Part shown: positions 47,091-61,035 of the stretch, piece by piece | How positions within the stretch are numbered: the stretch's first letter is position 1 | Layout: every line of letters starts with the position of its first letter | DNA from: Ostrea edulis | Lineage: Eukaryota | Length of the DNA: 64,000 bases | Direction: 5' to 3' | Assembly: GCF_947568905.1 (NCBI RefSeq) | Contig: NC_079167.1 | Coordinates: 30,008,001-30,072,000 of the forward strand | Made by a program: the position numbers and the translations under genes | Notes under the pieces: generated by a model | Databases searched by the model: none | The model's input: the letters and a program-made list of their open reading frames with translations, nothing else | Told to the model about the DNA's origin: nothing

Positions 47091-50000
47091 TATTTACTTT
47101 GTACTTATTACTACATTATGATATATTTACTTTGTACTTATTACTACATTATGATATATTTACTTTGTACTTATTACTACATTATGATATATTTACTTTG
47201 TACTACATTATGATATATTTACTTATTACTACATTATGATATATTTACTTTGTACTTATTACTACATTATGATATATTTACTTTGTACTTATTACTACAT
47301 TATGATATATTTACTTATTACTACATTATGATATATTTACTTTGTACTTATTACTACATTATGATATATTTACTTTGTACTTATTACTACATTATGATAT
47401 ATTTACTTTGTACTTATTACTAAATTATGATATATTTACTTATTACTACATTATGATATATTTACTTTGTACTTATTACTACATTATGATATATCTACTT
47501 TGTACTTATTACTACATTATGATATATCTACTTTGTACTTATTACTACATTATGATATATCTACTTTGTACTTATTACTACATTATGATATATTTACTTT
47601 GTACTTATTACTACATTATGATATATTTACTTTGTACTTATTACTACATTATGATATATTTACTTTGTACTTATTACTACATTATGATATATCTACTTAT
47701 TACTACATTATGATATATTTACTTTGTACTTATTACTACATTATGATATATTTACTTTGTACTTATTACTACATTATGATATATTTACTTTGTACTTATT
47801 ACTACATTATGATATATTTACTTATTACTACATTATGATATATCTACTTTGTACTTATTACTACATTATGATATATCTACTTTGTACTTATTACTACATT
47901 ATGATATATCTACTTTGTACTTATTACTACATTATGATATATCTACTTTGTACTTATTACTACATTATGATATATCTACTTTGTACTTATTACTACATTA
48001 TGATATATCTACTTTGTACTTATTACTACATTATGATATATCTACTTTGTACTTATTACTACATTATGATATATCTACTTTGTACTTATTACTACATTAT
48101 GATATATTTACTTTGTACTTATTACTACATTATGATATATTTACTTTGTACTTATTACTACATTATGACATATTTACTTTGTACTTATTACTACATTATG
48201 ATATATTTACTTTGTACTTATTACTACATTATGATATATTTACTTTGTACTTATTACTACATTATGATATATTTACTTTGCACTTATTACTACATTATGA
48301 TATATTTACTTTGTACTTATTACTACATTATGATATATTTACTTTGTACTTATTACTACATTATGATATATTTACTTTGTACTTATTACTACATTATGAT
48401 ATATTTACTTTGTACTTATTACTACATTATGATATATTTACTTTGTACTTATTACTACAGTATGATATATTTACTTTGCACTTATTACTACATTATGATA
48501 TATTTACTTTGCACTTATTACTACATTATGATATATTTACTTTGCACTTATTACTACATTATGATATATTTACTTTGTACTTATTACTACATTATGATAT
48601 ATTTACTTTGTACTTATTACTACATTATGATATATTTACTTTGTACTTATTACTACATTATGACATATTTACTTTGCACTTATTACTACATTATGACATA
48701 TTTACTTTGCACTTATTACTACATTATGACATATTTACTTTGCACTTATTACTACATTATGATATATTTACTTTGCACTTATTACTACATTATGATATAT
48801 TTACTTTGCACTTATTACTACATTATGATATATTTACTTTGCACTTATTACTACATTATGATATATTTACTTTGCACTTATTACTACATTATGATATATT
48901 TACTTTGTACTTATTACTACATTATGATATATTTACTTTGTACTTATTACTACATTATGACATATTTACTTTGTACTTATTACTACATTATGACATATTT
49001 ACTTTCTACTTATAACTACATTATGACATATTTACTTTGCACTTATTACTACATTATGACATATTTACTTTGCACTTATTACTACATTATGATATATTTA
49101 CTTTGTACTTATTACTACATTATGATATATTTACTTTGTACTTATTACTACATTATGATATATTTACTTTGTACTTATTACTACATTATGATATATTTAC
49201 TTTGTACTTATTACTACATTATGATATATTTACTTTGTACTTATTACTACATTATGACATATTTACTTTGTACTTATTACTACATTATGACATATTTACT
49301 TTGCACTTATTACTACATTATGACATATTTACTTTGCACTTATTACTACATTATGACATATTTACTTTGCACTTATTACTACATTATGATATATTTACTT
49401 TGCACTTATTACTACATTATGATATATTTACTTTGTACTTATTACTACATTATGATATATTTACTTTGTACTTATTACTACATTATGATATATTTACTTT
49501 GTACTTATTACTACATTATGATATATTTACTTTGTACTTATTACTACATTAGGATATATTTACTTTGCACTTATTACTACATTAGGATATATTTACTTTG
49601 CACTTATTACTACATTAGGACATATTTACTTTGCACTTATTACTACATTAGGACATATTTACTTTGCACTTATTACTACATTAGGACATATTTACTTTGC
49701 ACTTATTACTACATTAGGACATATTTACTTTGCACTTATTACTACATTAGGACATATTTACTTTGCACTTATTACTACATTAGGACATATTTACTTTGCA
49801 CTTATTACTACATTAGGACATATTTACTTTGCACTTATTACTACATTAGGACATATTTACTTTGCACTTATTACTACATTAGGACATATTTACTTTGCAC
49901 TTATTACTACATTAGGACATATTTACTTTGCACTTATTACTACATTAGGACATATTTACTTTGCACTTATTACTACATTAGGACATATTTACTTTGCACT

Positions 50001-50990
50001 TATTACTACATTAGGACATATTTACTTTGCACTTATTACTACATTAGGACATATTTACTTTGCACTTATTACTACATTAGGACATATTTACTTTGCACTT
50101 ATTACTACATTAGGACATATTTACTTTGCACTTATTACTACATTAGGACATATTTACTTTGCACTTATTACTACATTAGGACATATTTACTTTGCACTTA
50201 TTACTACATTAGGACATATTTACTTTGCACTTATTACTACATTAGGACATATTTACTTTGCACTTATTACTACATTAGGACATATTTACTTTGCACTTAT
50301 TACTACATTAGGACATATTTACTTTGCACTTATTACTACATTAGGACATATTTACTTTGCACTTATTACTACATTAGGACATATTTACTTTGCACTTATT
50401 ACTACATTAGGACATATTTACTTTGCACTTATTACTACATTAGGACATATTTACTTTGCACTTATTACTACATTAGGACATATTTACTTTGCACTTATTA
50501 CTACATTAGGACATATTTACTTTGCACTTATTACTACATTAGGATATATTTACTTTGCACTTATTACTACATTAGGATATATTTACTTTGCACTTATTAC
50601 TACATTAGGATATATTTACTTTGCACTTATTACTACATTAGGATATATTTACTTTGCACTTATTACTACATTAGGATATATTTACTTTGCACTTATTACT
50701 ACATTAGGATATATTTACTTTGCACTTATTACTACATTATCATATATTTACTTTGCACTTATTACTACATTATGATATATTTACTTTGTACTTATTACTA
50801 CATTATGATATATTTACTTTGCACTTATTACTACATTATGATATATTTACTTTGCACTTATTACTACATTCTAACATATTTACTTTGTACTTATTACTAC
50901 ATTATGATATATTTACTTTGCACTTATTACTACATTCTAACATATCTACTTTGTACTTATTACTACATTCTAACGTATTTACTTTGTACT
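47091..50990. repeat. 33-bp satellite array, about 118 copies
   Basis: TATTTACTTTGTACTTATTACTACATTATGATA and variants. Confidence 0.97.
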
Positions 50991-50993
50991 ATA

Positions 50994-51689
50994 TTTATAC
51001 CCCCGAACGAAGTTCAGGGGGGGGGGTATATAGGAATCACTGTCTGTCCGTCCGTCTGTCTGTCCATCTGTCTGTCTGTGCAGATTCGTGTCCGGGCCAT
51101 AACTTCTTTGTTCTTTGACTTAGGCATACCATATTTGGCACACAGGTGGATCACCATGAGACGATGTGTCGAGTACCTTCATGATCTCTATATGACCTTG
51201 ACCCTTGACTTCAAGGTCAAAATTAAAGGTTGTTTTTTTTACAATGGATTCGTGTCCGGGCCATACCTTCTTTGTTCTTTGACATAGGCATACAATATTT
51301 GACATATGAGTGTATCACCATGAGACGATGTGTCGGGTACCTTCATGACCTCTATATGACCTTGAACTTTGACCTCAAGGTCAAAATTGATTATAGGTTT
51401 TGACATAGTCATACCATAAGACATGGGTGTATCACCATGAGACTATGTGTCATGTACATTCATGACCTCTTTATGACCTTAACCTTTGATCTCAAGGTCA
51501 AAATTATAGGTTTATGCCATGGATTTGTGTTCGGACTATATCTTCCATTTTCTTCTACAAAGGCATACCATATTTTTACACTCAGGAAAGAGGTAATTTA
51601 TACCTATTAACAACACCCTTTGGGAGATTGGGGTAAGCGGGGGGGGGGGGGGGGTATTCTTAGTGAGCATTGCTTACAGTACCTCTTGT
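50994..51689 (+). mobile_element. Helentron-associated non-autonomous element (HINE-like) carrying Cg170-like satellite monomers
   Basis: 5' ATACCCCC..GGGGGTAT stem, (GTCY)n microsatellite, 2-3 monomers of about 160 bp with GACCTTGACC.TTGAC, 3' GGGGGTAT plus the hairpin GTGAGCATTGCTTAC. Confidence 0.75.
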
Positions 51690-52464
51690 ACTACATTATA
51701 ACATATTTACTTTGTACTATATCATAAAAAATTTATTATATGTACTTATTACTACATACTATTCATGTGTGAAGTTAAACCTTTAATATGCATAATTTGT
51801 TATAAGGAAGTGAATGACTAATTTTTTATCATACATTTAACAGTTTAAATCTATCTAATATGAATAGTTTTCATTACATGTATATTTTAAAAGTATGCTG
51901 AAAACCTAATTTTAAATTTAAAGAATGTAGACCCGAAAGTTTTACTGCGTGTCTCAATTGAATTGGTTTTCAATCAGCGATTTCATCGGTTCTTTGAATT
52001 TGTTGGTTATTTTCATGAACTGTTTCTAATCAGATGTCATTTTATTTGCTTATTTTAGTTACTGTTTTTACCTGTGTCATATCGAGAGGTGTACTACGTT
52101 TCTGAATTTTTATGTTTAATGTCTTATCTGCATCAATTGTACCTCATGGTATGCGATTTTGAATATTTACCTACATGTATATTTCCATTAACAACAAAAG
52201 TTTCGATATTTGATATCATTTTCATAGCTAAGTTTTTGAATTAAAAATAAAATTACTGTTTACTTTGTTACATATGCTTATTATATCGTATAGCTGGATA
52301 AGGGTATTTAGAGTCACTGAGACGACTGCATGCACGAGGACAGACAACGATCTGTATTTCCGGTCACTCTACCGTGTGTATACATGTGTGTGGTATATGT
52401 TCTAAAATTAGAGATACCTTAAACAAATTTTTACATCATTCTATTATATACCTTGATGTTTGAG

Positions 52465-53372
52465 ATGTGAGAGAGATGAATGAGAGAGATGAAGAAGATA
52501 GAAAGATGAAGGGAGAGAAATGAAGTAGATAGAGAGATGAAGAAGATAGAGAGATGAAGAAGATAGAAAGATGAAGAAGATAGAGAGATGAAGAAGGGAG
52601 AGAGATGAATAAGGGAGATAAAAGAAGAGGATAGAGAGATGAAGAAGGAAGAAAGATTAAGAAGATATAGAGATAAAGAAGATAGAGAGATGGGGAAGAT
52701 AGGGAAATGAAGAAGATATTAAGATGAAGAGGATAGAGAGATGAACAAGATAGAGAGATGAAGATAGAAAGATGAAGAAGATAGAGGAATGAAGAAGGGA
52801 GATAGATAAAGAGGATAGAGAGATGAAGAAGGATGAAAGACTAAGAAGATATAAAGATAAAGAATATAGAGAGATGGGGAAGATAGGGAGATGAAGAAGA
52901 TAGAGAGATGAAGAAGATAGAGAGATGAAGAAGATAGAGATAAAGAAGATAGAGAGATGAATAAGGGAGAGAGATGAAGAAGATAGAGAGATGAAAAAAG
53001 GAGAGAGATGAAGAAGATAGAGAAGACAATAGAGAAATGAAGAAGATAGAGAAGACAATAGAGAGATGAAAAAGGGAGAAAAATGAAGATAGAGAGATAA
53101 AGAAGATAGAGAGATGAATAAGGGAGAGGATGAAGAAAATAGAGAGATGAAGAAGGGAGAGAGATAAAGAAGATAGAGAGATGAAGAAAATAGAGAGATG
53201 AAGAAGGGAGATAGATGAAAAAAATAGAGAGATGAAAGAGGGAAAGATATGAGGAAGATAGAGAGATGAAGATACATGATAAAGGGAGAGAGATGAAGGG
53301 AGAGAGAGAGAGATGAAGTATGAAGAAGGGAAAGATAGATGAAGAAAAGAGATGAAAAAGGGGGAGAGATTT
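52465..53372. repeat. Purine-rich (GA) low-complexity tract
   Basis: Imperfect GATAGAGAGATGAAGAA units. Confidence 0.9.
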
Positions 53373-54179
53373 GCCCAACGTTAAAGTGCGGAGTTTGTTA
53401 CACAGTTTAACACGTAACAAAATGAATATAAACATTACAGAATTTATCGGGTCTAACTAAATGTTTTTCATCAAAGTCGACGGTAAAGTACATAACCCTG
53501 ATTTTCGCGGAACATATGATGTAAGATTAAAATGTAAATAGTCCAAGAAACGATGGTATTTTCCTTCAGTTTACACAAATCTTGATTAAAGTTTTAAACA
53601 CGAAGCTTAGAAAGAAGAGAACTTTCTAACCCCTCCATGATAGATGAAGGTGTAATACACGCAATCGAATGATCTGGTTTTCAACAGTAGACCAAATGAA
53701 AGAATGTCCTTAATCGACATGCCAACGGCATATGAAAACTAAAAACATATTATCATTAAAATTGCGAAATGATATTAGACAGCGTCTTGGGCGAGTTGAA
53801 AGATTTAATGCAGCTCCTAAATGGCTAATTCTAAGCTTATAATCTCCAACAAATATACAGAACTAGTGTCCATAACGATGACCAAATGACCTTAATTCAT
53901 GACCATACCACACTGTACATGTAGTAAGCAACCATTTGGTCAAGTATAGGCCAATCTTGATGAACTATGCAAACCCACAATACCAACTGCAATAAATCGC
54001 AACGGGGCCACATTTCAAACTTTGGGTTGGATAACACATGTTTGTTTCTTTAATCCAGATGCTTTGATCTTTCATAGATGTAACTTTGAAACTCGGTAGG
54101 AAACAAGGAATTGTTCTTACAAGTCTGACAAATGTGGATAAAAAAACATTAAATCTTGTACAAAAACCCCGCATGGTTT

Positions 54180-54720
54180 ATTTTGCAACGTATGTATAAT
54201 ACAAACGTGAATTCATGAAATATAAATATGTTTTATACATCGTGTGTATGTTAGAAAAGTTGAATTATAAAATACACATGGTTTACTATAAAACGCGTAT
54301 ATAATACAAATGTTAACTTATAAAATCCCATTAAGTTTTATATAATGCGTATATTATACAATGTTAACTTAAAATACCATTAAGTTTTATACAATGCGTA
54401 TATAATACAAATGTTGAATTATAAAATACCGTTAAGTTTTATACAATGCGTATATTATACAAATGTTAACTTATATAATACCATTAAGTTTTATACATTG
54501 CGTATATTATACAAATGTTAAATTATAAAATACCATTAAGTTTTATACAAAGCGTATATATTATTCAAATGTTAAATTATAAGATACAATTGGTTTATTA
54601 TATATCCCGTGTCTTAGATTCAAATGCTAACTTATTTGATAGATATGGTTTATAACACAACGCGTATATGATAGAAAAGTTAACTTATAAAATATAAATG
54701 ATCTATCATACAATGCATAT
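54180..54720. repeat. Degenerate AT-rich tandem repeat of about 52 bp
   Basis: ATACCATTAAGTTTTATACAATGCGTATATTATACAAATGTTAA repeated. Confidence 0.8.
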
Positions 54721-57700
54721 ATACATATAAAATGAATATGGACAAAATTAAGAAATACAGAATTTCAAATCTGAACCATACAATGCAAATAGAAAACTGT
54801 ACAACACAAATAGAGAAATACAAATGAAGAAGTAGGAACTCAAAAGCTTCTCGAATAGACAAACAGTTTTATATAAAATTTATTTCCAACATCTGCAATC
54901 AAATGCAGAAATAAAATAAACATTACTTCAAAGTGTTTTGTTGTTTTTTTACCAGAAAAAAAAATCTTGTTCAGATGTGCTCGAATCTAAGATCAATCAA
55001 ATTTATATATGCATATCAATTAGTTGATAAACTGCTTATCAAGCAATTTCACCCTTGTCTTACAATATAGTAAGCGGGAAAAAGTTATCTGGAAAATAGT
55101 TTCCGTGACAGTAGGTCCCAACGTGTTTAAGATAAACAAATTACCTTCTTAGAATTAATTAAAGCGTCACACGGTCTGTTCTCCCCCTACACCCAGCGCG
55201 AGCGTTCGATCGATACTTCACACAGCTAGTCGGTAGATATCTATAAATATCGTCCATTTTCATCCCAGTATTTATACAAAAAGTTTACAAGTAATCAGGT
55301 ATAAAAGGATTACAACAATAAATCGATAGTATGGGGAAACTCCTTCTCCAATTAATGTATTGATTGTCGTGTCGTATGCGTTTGTCACATTTTCTCTCTC
55401 TATGCTGAGCAGAAGCTGCAGACGATCAGAGCCTCGTTTTCACTTCGAGGGTGATTTATGCATGGATGTGTTGATGCTGTTTTGAAGAACAAGTAGTCAA
55501 TGTTGCAATTTTTTTTCTACCATTTTGCTGATTTTCAAGTCCAGCACTAAAGCCTATGTATGATGTCAAGTGATTTAGTTCATTGCGAAAAAAGCTTCGA
55601 TTTTCCTTGACGGGAACACTGAAGAGGCACCTAGCCATGGGCTTCTAGATTATATTTTCTTAATTATCATTTTGGGATATTCCTTATATACTGATGCTTA
55701 TACGAGTGAAAGTGATTCCATCAGCTAGTTTTAATGGTAAGTATTCATACGATCTCGGCATTCAATAACCAGACAAATACACTGAAGCGAAAAAGAAAAT
55801 TCTGGCATTAAAACAGCATTATCAGCTGTTTCAGCATGCGTGCATAAATTGTTATGTGTGATAATGTTATTGATTTTAAGTAATCGATCACATCTAGATA
55901 TGTAGGTCATTGCAAATCAAACCAATGCTTAATGGCCAAGGCTCCATCTTTGTCGTAGGACCATTGTGTAGGTAGACGTAACGGAGTATTAATTAACTCT
56001 CAACAATAAGATCAATTCATACGCCATATCAATTTTATCAGGAGTATTAGCTGAACCCGTTGCTACTTTTGATGAAGACTGATGTATGTTGGTATTTAAT
56101 GTGTCGATAAAATTCCTACTTATCGAAAAATTTCATTATTAATTACCATTATCTGAATCTAATCAACTCCAAATGTCATAATACAAGGAACATGTGCTCC
56201 TGAATCGATTAACGAAATGTCGTGAGAGACGGTGTGCTCCTGTAAACGTCCATGTTACAGACGGGGGTGTGATAATCACCTCGTTGGGGTACTCCTAAGT
56301 TCCTCGTTTCCACCGCGTTACATTTTGCATCTTTCACATTTTGACAGTATCTTGGGGGTAACCTTTATTCGCGAAACCATTGAGATAGACGGCTTAAGAT
56401 CTGCTGCATCTTAATGTTTATTTACATTTTAGCCGTCCGATCGATTCACGTGAATCCGCGGCCCTCCATTATAGCGCTGCAGCTGCCACCGTTATATTTT
56501 GATACGATTAAACACTTCTAAATCGCTGATGGAATATCATTGTACTCATAATAAGGATAAAGAGGTGGCGGATCTCAAGATGGAAGATACATTTCGGTGT
56601 TCTGGGATTAGAAAAATATCAGTTATAATATCTAATAAGAGGGCAATCTAAACAGTATCAAATAATCATAATTTCCCTAAATTTTGATCTAATCCATTGT
56701 GCCTGAAATCCGTTACCGTAAGTTAATTGGATTTTTATCAGGTAAATTCACACGCTTCCATGCAGATCACCTTCCTTCTATAGTCTCTTTTTGTAATCAG
56801 TCACTTTAAACTTCCTGTTTTCTTTAAATGATATCAGGGTGAAGTTTGTCTTGTGTATTTTAACACAGGGAAGTAATTATCATCTCATGTCCTGTTTCAT
56901 AATAGCAAGAAAGGAAACAACGAAACGTTGTAATTTCCCTGTACTTTGGATCTAGTCGTAAATCCTATGTAAAACAAATGGCTGGCATAGGTAAGTAAAG
57001 CTCTGAACTCGTACAAATATAGATTTTTTTTCTCTATTTTTCATTATAATAGTGATCAATAGAAGAAAAAAGACAGATAAATCTCTTTTATGTTTAAAGT
57101 CGTGAGTATCTAAATCATGAAATTAGAAGCTGAAGCTATGATGGAGGTTCAATAATAGATCATATTTTTTGTATCTATATAACATAGTATTAAATTTATC
57201 ATGGCAAACTATCCGTCCCTTAGAGACTGAATGGTGTGGAAATAACGAAGATTTGATACCCCCACCATTGTACATCATAGTAATGTTCTAAAACAAGTTG
57301 TTGTAAATCCAATTATAAAGATTCTCTTGTAGACCTAGTCTTAGAATACGTCATATTTACAGAGCTGTATGTGTCAGACAGGACAATGGCTCTCTTTTCT
57401 CTTGACATGCTCACGACTGGGGGAATTCCCCTTATCATATTCAGTGACTGACATCTACTTGAAGTCACAGAAACACCAGGGACAGTGTGTATTACATGTA
57501 TATACATGTGTTACAAAGATGCATGATGATTATTCTTTATTTCAATTAAAACTAAACTGTCATTAGGCCAAAAATAAAATGCTATTTGTCTTCCCTTAGC
57601 GACCACCAATTTTGGCCTATAGACGTAGATGGAAATAGGAAGGTAGGGAAATGGTTATTTTTGGACAGAAATTTGCAGTGACATTGAGCGAGCTAGTCAG

Positions 57701-58084
57701 TTATATACAGCTAATCCAGTTTTCAATTAAAGCACTGCATCATTTAGTAAACAATTCTGGAAAAAAGGTTCGTATTCTAAGATAGAATTAATTTCATAAA
57801 TTTGGAGACAGAGCAATTTTTTCAGGGGCGGTCGAAATAGGAAACCATTTTTTTTTCTTTAAGTTTAGCTAATATTTGTATCAAGCAGGGAATTTACTTT
57901 ATCATAAAAGGTGCATACACTTTAAGCGTGCAGTTATGTTTTATACAGGTATTATTTTGTACATGATGTGAAAAGATCGATTATGTGACAAATTATATAA
58001 CAATTTACATATCTCTCTCAATCTACTTCCATGAACCCTCCTAATAATTCACTCAAGGTCATCAATACGGCTAGACGTGGTTGT

Positions 58085-58450
58085 GTATGATCAAAATGTG
58101 TTTGTGAAACTCGGATGCCCACTTACGACAGTTAAATAATTCTGGAATCCAAAAAAGGTCTTTTCACAGGGAATACACATGTGAAATATGAAAGTCCTAG
58201 AGCGAACAATTCTAAAGTTATTGCCAAGGATAAGGTTTTTTTAAAACTAAACCAAACCCCAAAGTCATGGGGAAAAACATTTTACTACCAAAAGAAAGGT
58301 CTTGGCAAAAGGAATGTACATGTAAAACATGAAAGCGCTATCACCATCCATTCAAAAGTTATGACGAAGTTTAAAGTTTCTGCGGACAGACAAACAGATA
58401 CACACAGACAGACGGACAGACCAAAATCATATGCTCGAATCTCCGATACG
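58085..58450 (+). mobile_element. HINE-like fragment of a second family (similar fragments at about 20640-20800, 29850-30070, 2460-2520)
   Basis: GTGTTTGTGAAAC...TGTGAAATATGAAAG...(GACA)n microsatellite. Confidence 0.45.
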
Positions 58451-58601
58451 AGGCCATAGAATATTGGCAAAGGGTTGGAAGGTCGTTGATATGGATCATT
58501 TTTCATCTAAAGACATTATCTCTTTTACGTCACTTTTGTTTATTGCTTTTTATTTACAAAAACGTGGAAGAATACACGACAATTTTGGCACGCATACATG
58601 T

Positions 58602-61035
58602 ACTCACTATAGGGACGGTTAACCTGAGTGTACTCACTACAGGGACGGTTAAATTGGGTGTACTCATTATAGGGACGGGTAAATTGAGTGTAATCACTAC
58701 AGGGACGGTTAAATTGAGTGTACTCACTAAAGGGACGGTTAGATTGAGTGTACTCTTTATAGGGACGGGTAAATTGAGTGTAATCACTACAGGGACGGTC
58801 AAATCAAGTGTACTCACTTTAGAGACGGGTAAATTGAGTGTAATCACCATAGGGAAGGGTTAAAAGGGTGTAATCACTCTAGAGACGGTTTGATTGAGGT
58901 GCCTTGACATGTTATATGGATAGTTAAGGTGAGGCGGTAAGGAGATAGTAATTAAACAGTTGGGTGAAGGGCCAAAACTCACTATACAGATAGTTAGCGT
59001 GAGTAGTCATGAGAAGTCTTGACTTACTATAGGAACGGTATGATAAGTAGTCATGAATTATTATAGGAACGGTTAGGTTGAGTAGCCATGAGTTACTATA
59101 GGAACGGTTAGGATAAGTAGTCATCAGTTACTCTAGGAACGGTTAGGGTGAGTAGCCATGAAATACTATAGGAACTGTTAGGATAAGTAGTCATGAGTTA
59201 CTGTAGGAACGGTTAGGGTGAGTAGTCATGAGTTACTATAGGAACGGTTAGGATAAGTAGTCATGAGTTCCTATAGGGACGGTTAGGATAAGTAGTCATG
59301 AGTTACTATAGGAAAGGTTAGGATAAGTAGTCATGAGTTACTATAGGAAAGGTTAGGATAAGTAGTCATGAGTTACTGTAGGAACGGTTAGGGTGAGTAG
59401 TCATGAGTTACTATAGGAACGGTTACCCCTGGGTCGAGGCCTCTGCTGGTGGACTGTTAGTCCCCGAGGGTCGCTACAGCCCAGTAGCTAAGTACTTCGT
59501 TACTAGCTTGAAAATACGGATGTATATTTAATTACTGTTATAAAATTCAGAAATTCATTTCAAAATTAAGGATTATCTCCCTCATGCATAGCTCTTATCC
59601 TTGGACGAATTTGGCTCCACTTTTTGGCATGCTGTTTTTGGCTATATTTAGCTCTAAAACTTCATAGTTATTTCGGATTTCAAACATTTCGGTTGAGCAT
59701 CACTGAAGAAACATTATTTGTCGAAATGCGCATCTGGTGCATCAAAATTGGTACCGTATAAGTTTTACATTGGGATAAGTAGTCATGAGTTACGATAGGA
59801 ACGGTTAGGATAAGTAGTCATGAGTTACTATAGGAACGGTTAGGATAAGTAGTCATCAGTTACTATAGGAACGGTTAGGGTGAGTAGTCATGAGCTACTA
59901 TAGGAACGGTTAGGATAAGTAGTCATGAGTTACTATAGGAACGGTTAGGATAAGTAGTCATGAGTTACTATAGGAACAGTTAGGGTGAGTAGTCATGAGT
60001 TACTATAGGAACGGTTAGGGTGAGTAGCCATGAGTTACTATAGAAACGGTTAAGATAAGTAGTCATGAGTTACTATGGGACGGTTAGGTTGAGTAGCCAT
60101 GAGTTACTATAGGAACGGTTAGGATAAGTAGCCATGAAATACTATAGGAACGGTTAGGATAAGTAGTCATGAATTACTATAGGAACGGTTAGGATAAGTA
60201 GTGATGAGTTACTATAGGAACGGTTAGGATAAGTAGTGATGAGTTACTATAGGAACGGTTAGGATAAGTAGTCATGAGTTACTATAGGAACGGTTAGGAT
60301 AAGTAGTCATGAGTTACTATAGGAACGGTTAGGATAAGTAGTCATCAGTTACTATAGGAACGGTTAGGGTGAGTAGCCATGAGTTACTATGGGGACGGTT
60401 AGGATAAGTAGTCATCAGTTACTGTAGGAATGGTTAGGGCGAGTAGTCATGAGTTACTATTAGAACGGTTAGGATAAGTAGTCATGAGTTACTATAGGAA
60501 CGGTTAGGATAAGTACTCATGAGTTACTATAGGAACGGTTAAGATAAGTAGTCAAGAGTTACTATAGGAACGGTTAGGGTGAGTAGTCATGAGTTACTAT
60601 AGGAACGGTTAGGATAAGTAGTCATGAGTTACTATAGGAACGGTTAGGATGAATAGTGATGAGTTACTATAGGTACGGTTAGAGTGAGTAGCCATGAGTT
60701 ACTATAGGAACGGTTAGGATAAGTAGTCATGAGTTACTATAGGAACGGTTAAGATAAGTAGTCATGAGTTACTATAGGAACGGTTAGGATAAGTAGTCAT
60801 GAGTTACTATAGGAACGGTTAAGATAAGTAGTCATGAGTTACTATGGGGACGACTAGGGTGAGTAGCCATGAGTGATGAGTTACTAGAGAAACGGTTGGG
60901 ATGAGCAGTCATGAGTTACTATAGGAACAGTTAGGATAAGTAGTCATCAGTTACTATAGGAACGGCTAGGTTGAGGATCCATGAGTCATGAGTTACTAGA
61001 GAAACGGTTGGGGTGAGCTGTCATGAGTTGCTAGA
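58602..61035. repeat. 30-bp array (58602-58890) followed by a related 35-bp array (58990-61035)
   Basis: TACTCACTACAGGGACGGTTAAATTGAGTG and AGGAACGGTTAGGATAAGTAGTCATGAGTTACTAT. Confidence 0.93.
59426..59770 (+). mobile_element. 345-bp non-coding hammerhead-bearing retroposon (retrozyme / non-autonomous PLE-like) inserted in a minisatellite
   Basis: Interrupts the 35-bp array. Its last about 80 bp match 43346-43426, including the same 3' end GTATAAGTTTTACAT. Hammerhead at 59697-59740 has a G-to-A change at the first stem II pair. Confidence 0.75.

Noticed and set aside
47010-51287. 1187-aa and overlapping ORFs (IYLLCTYYYIM repeats)
   Set aside because: Translation of a 33-bp satellite whose unit is a multiple of 3; the tail runs into a HINE.
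52657-53435. Leu/Ser/Phe-rich ORFs
   Set aside because: Antisense reading of a GA-rich low-complexity tract.
55440-56420. Short ORFs on both strands
   Set aside because: No recognisable motif, no joinable splice pattern.
58602-58615. ACTCACTATAGGGA, matching part of the T7 promoter
   Set aside because: It is a variant unit of the 30-bp array; the rest of the promoter and any vector context are absent.
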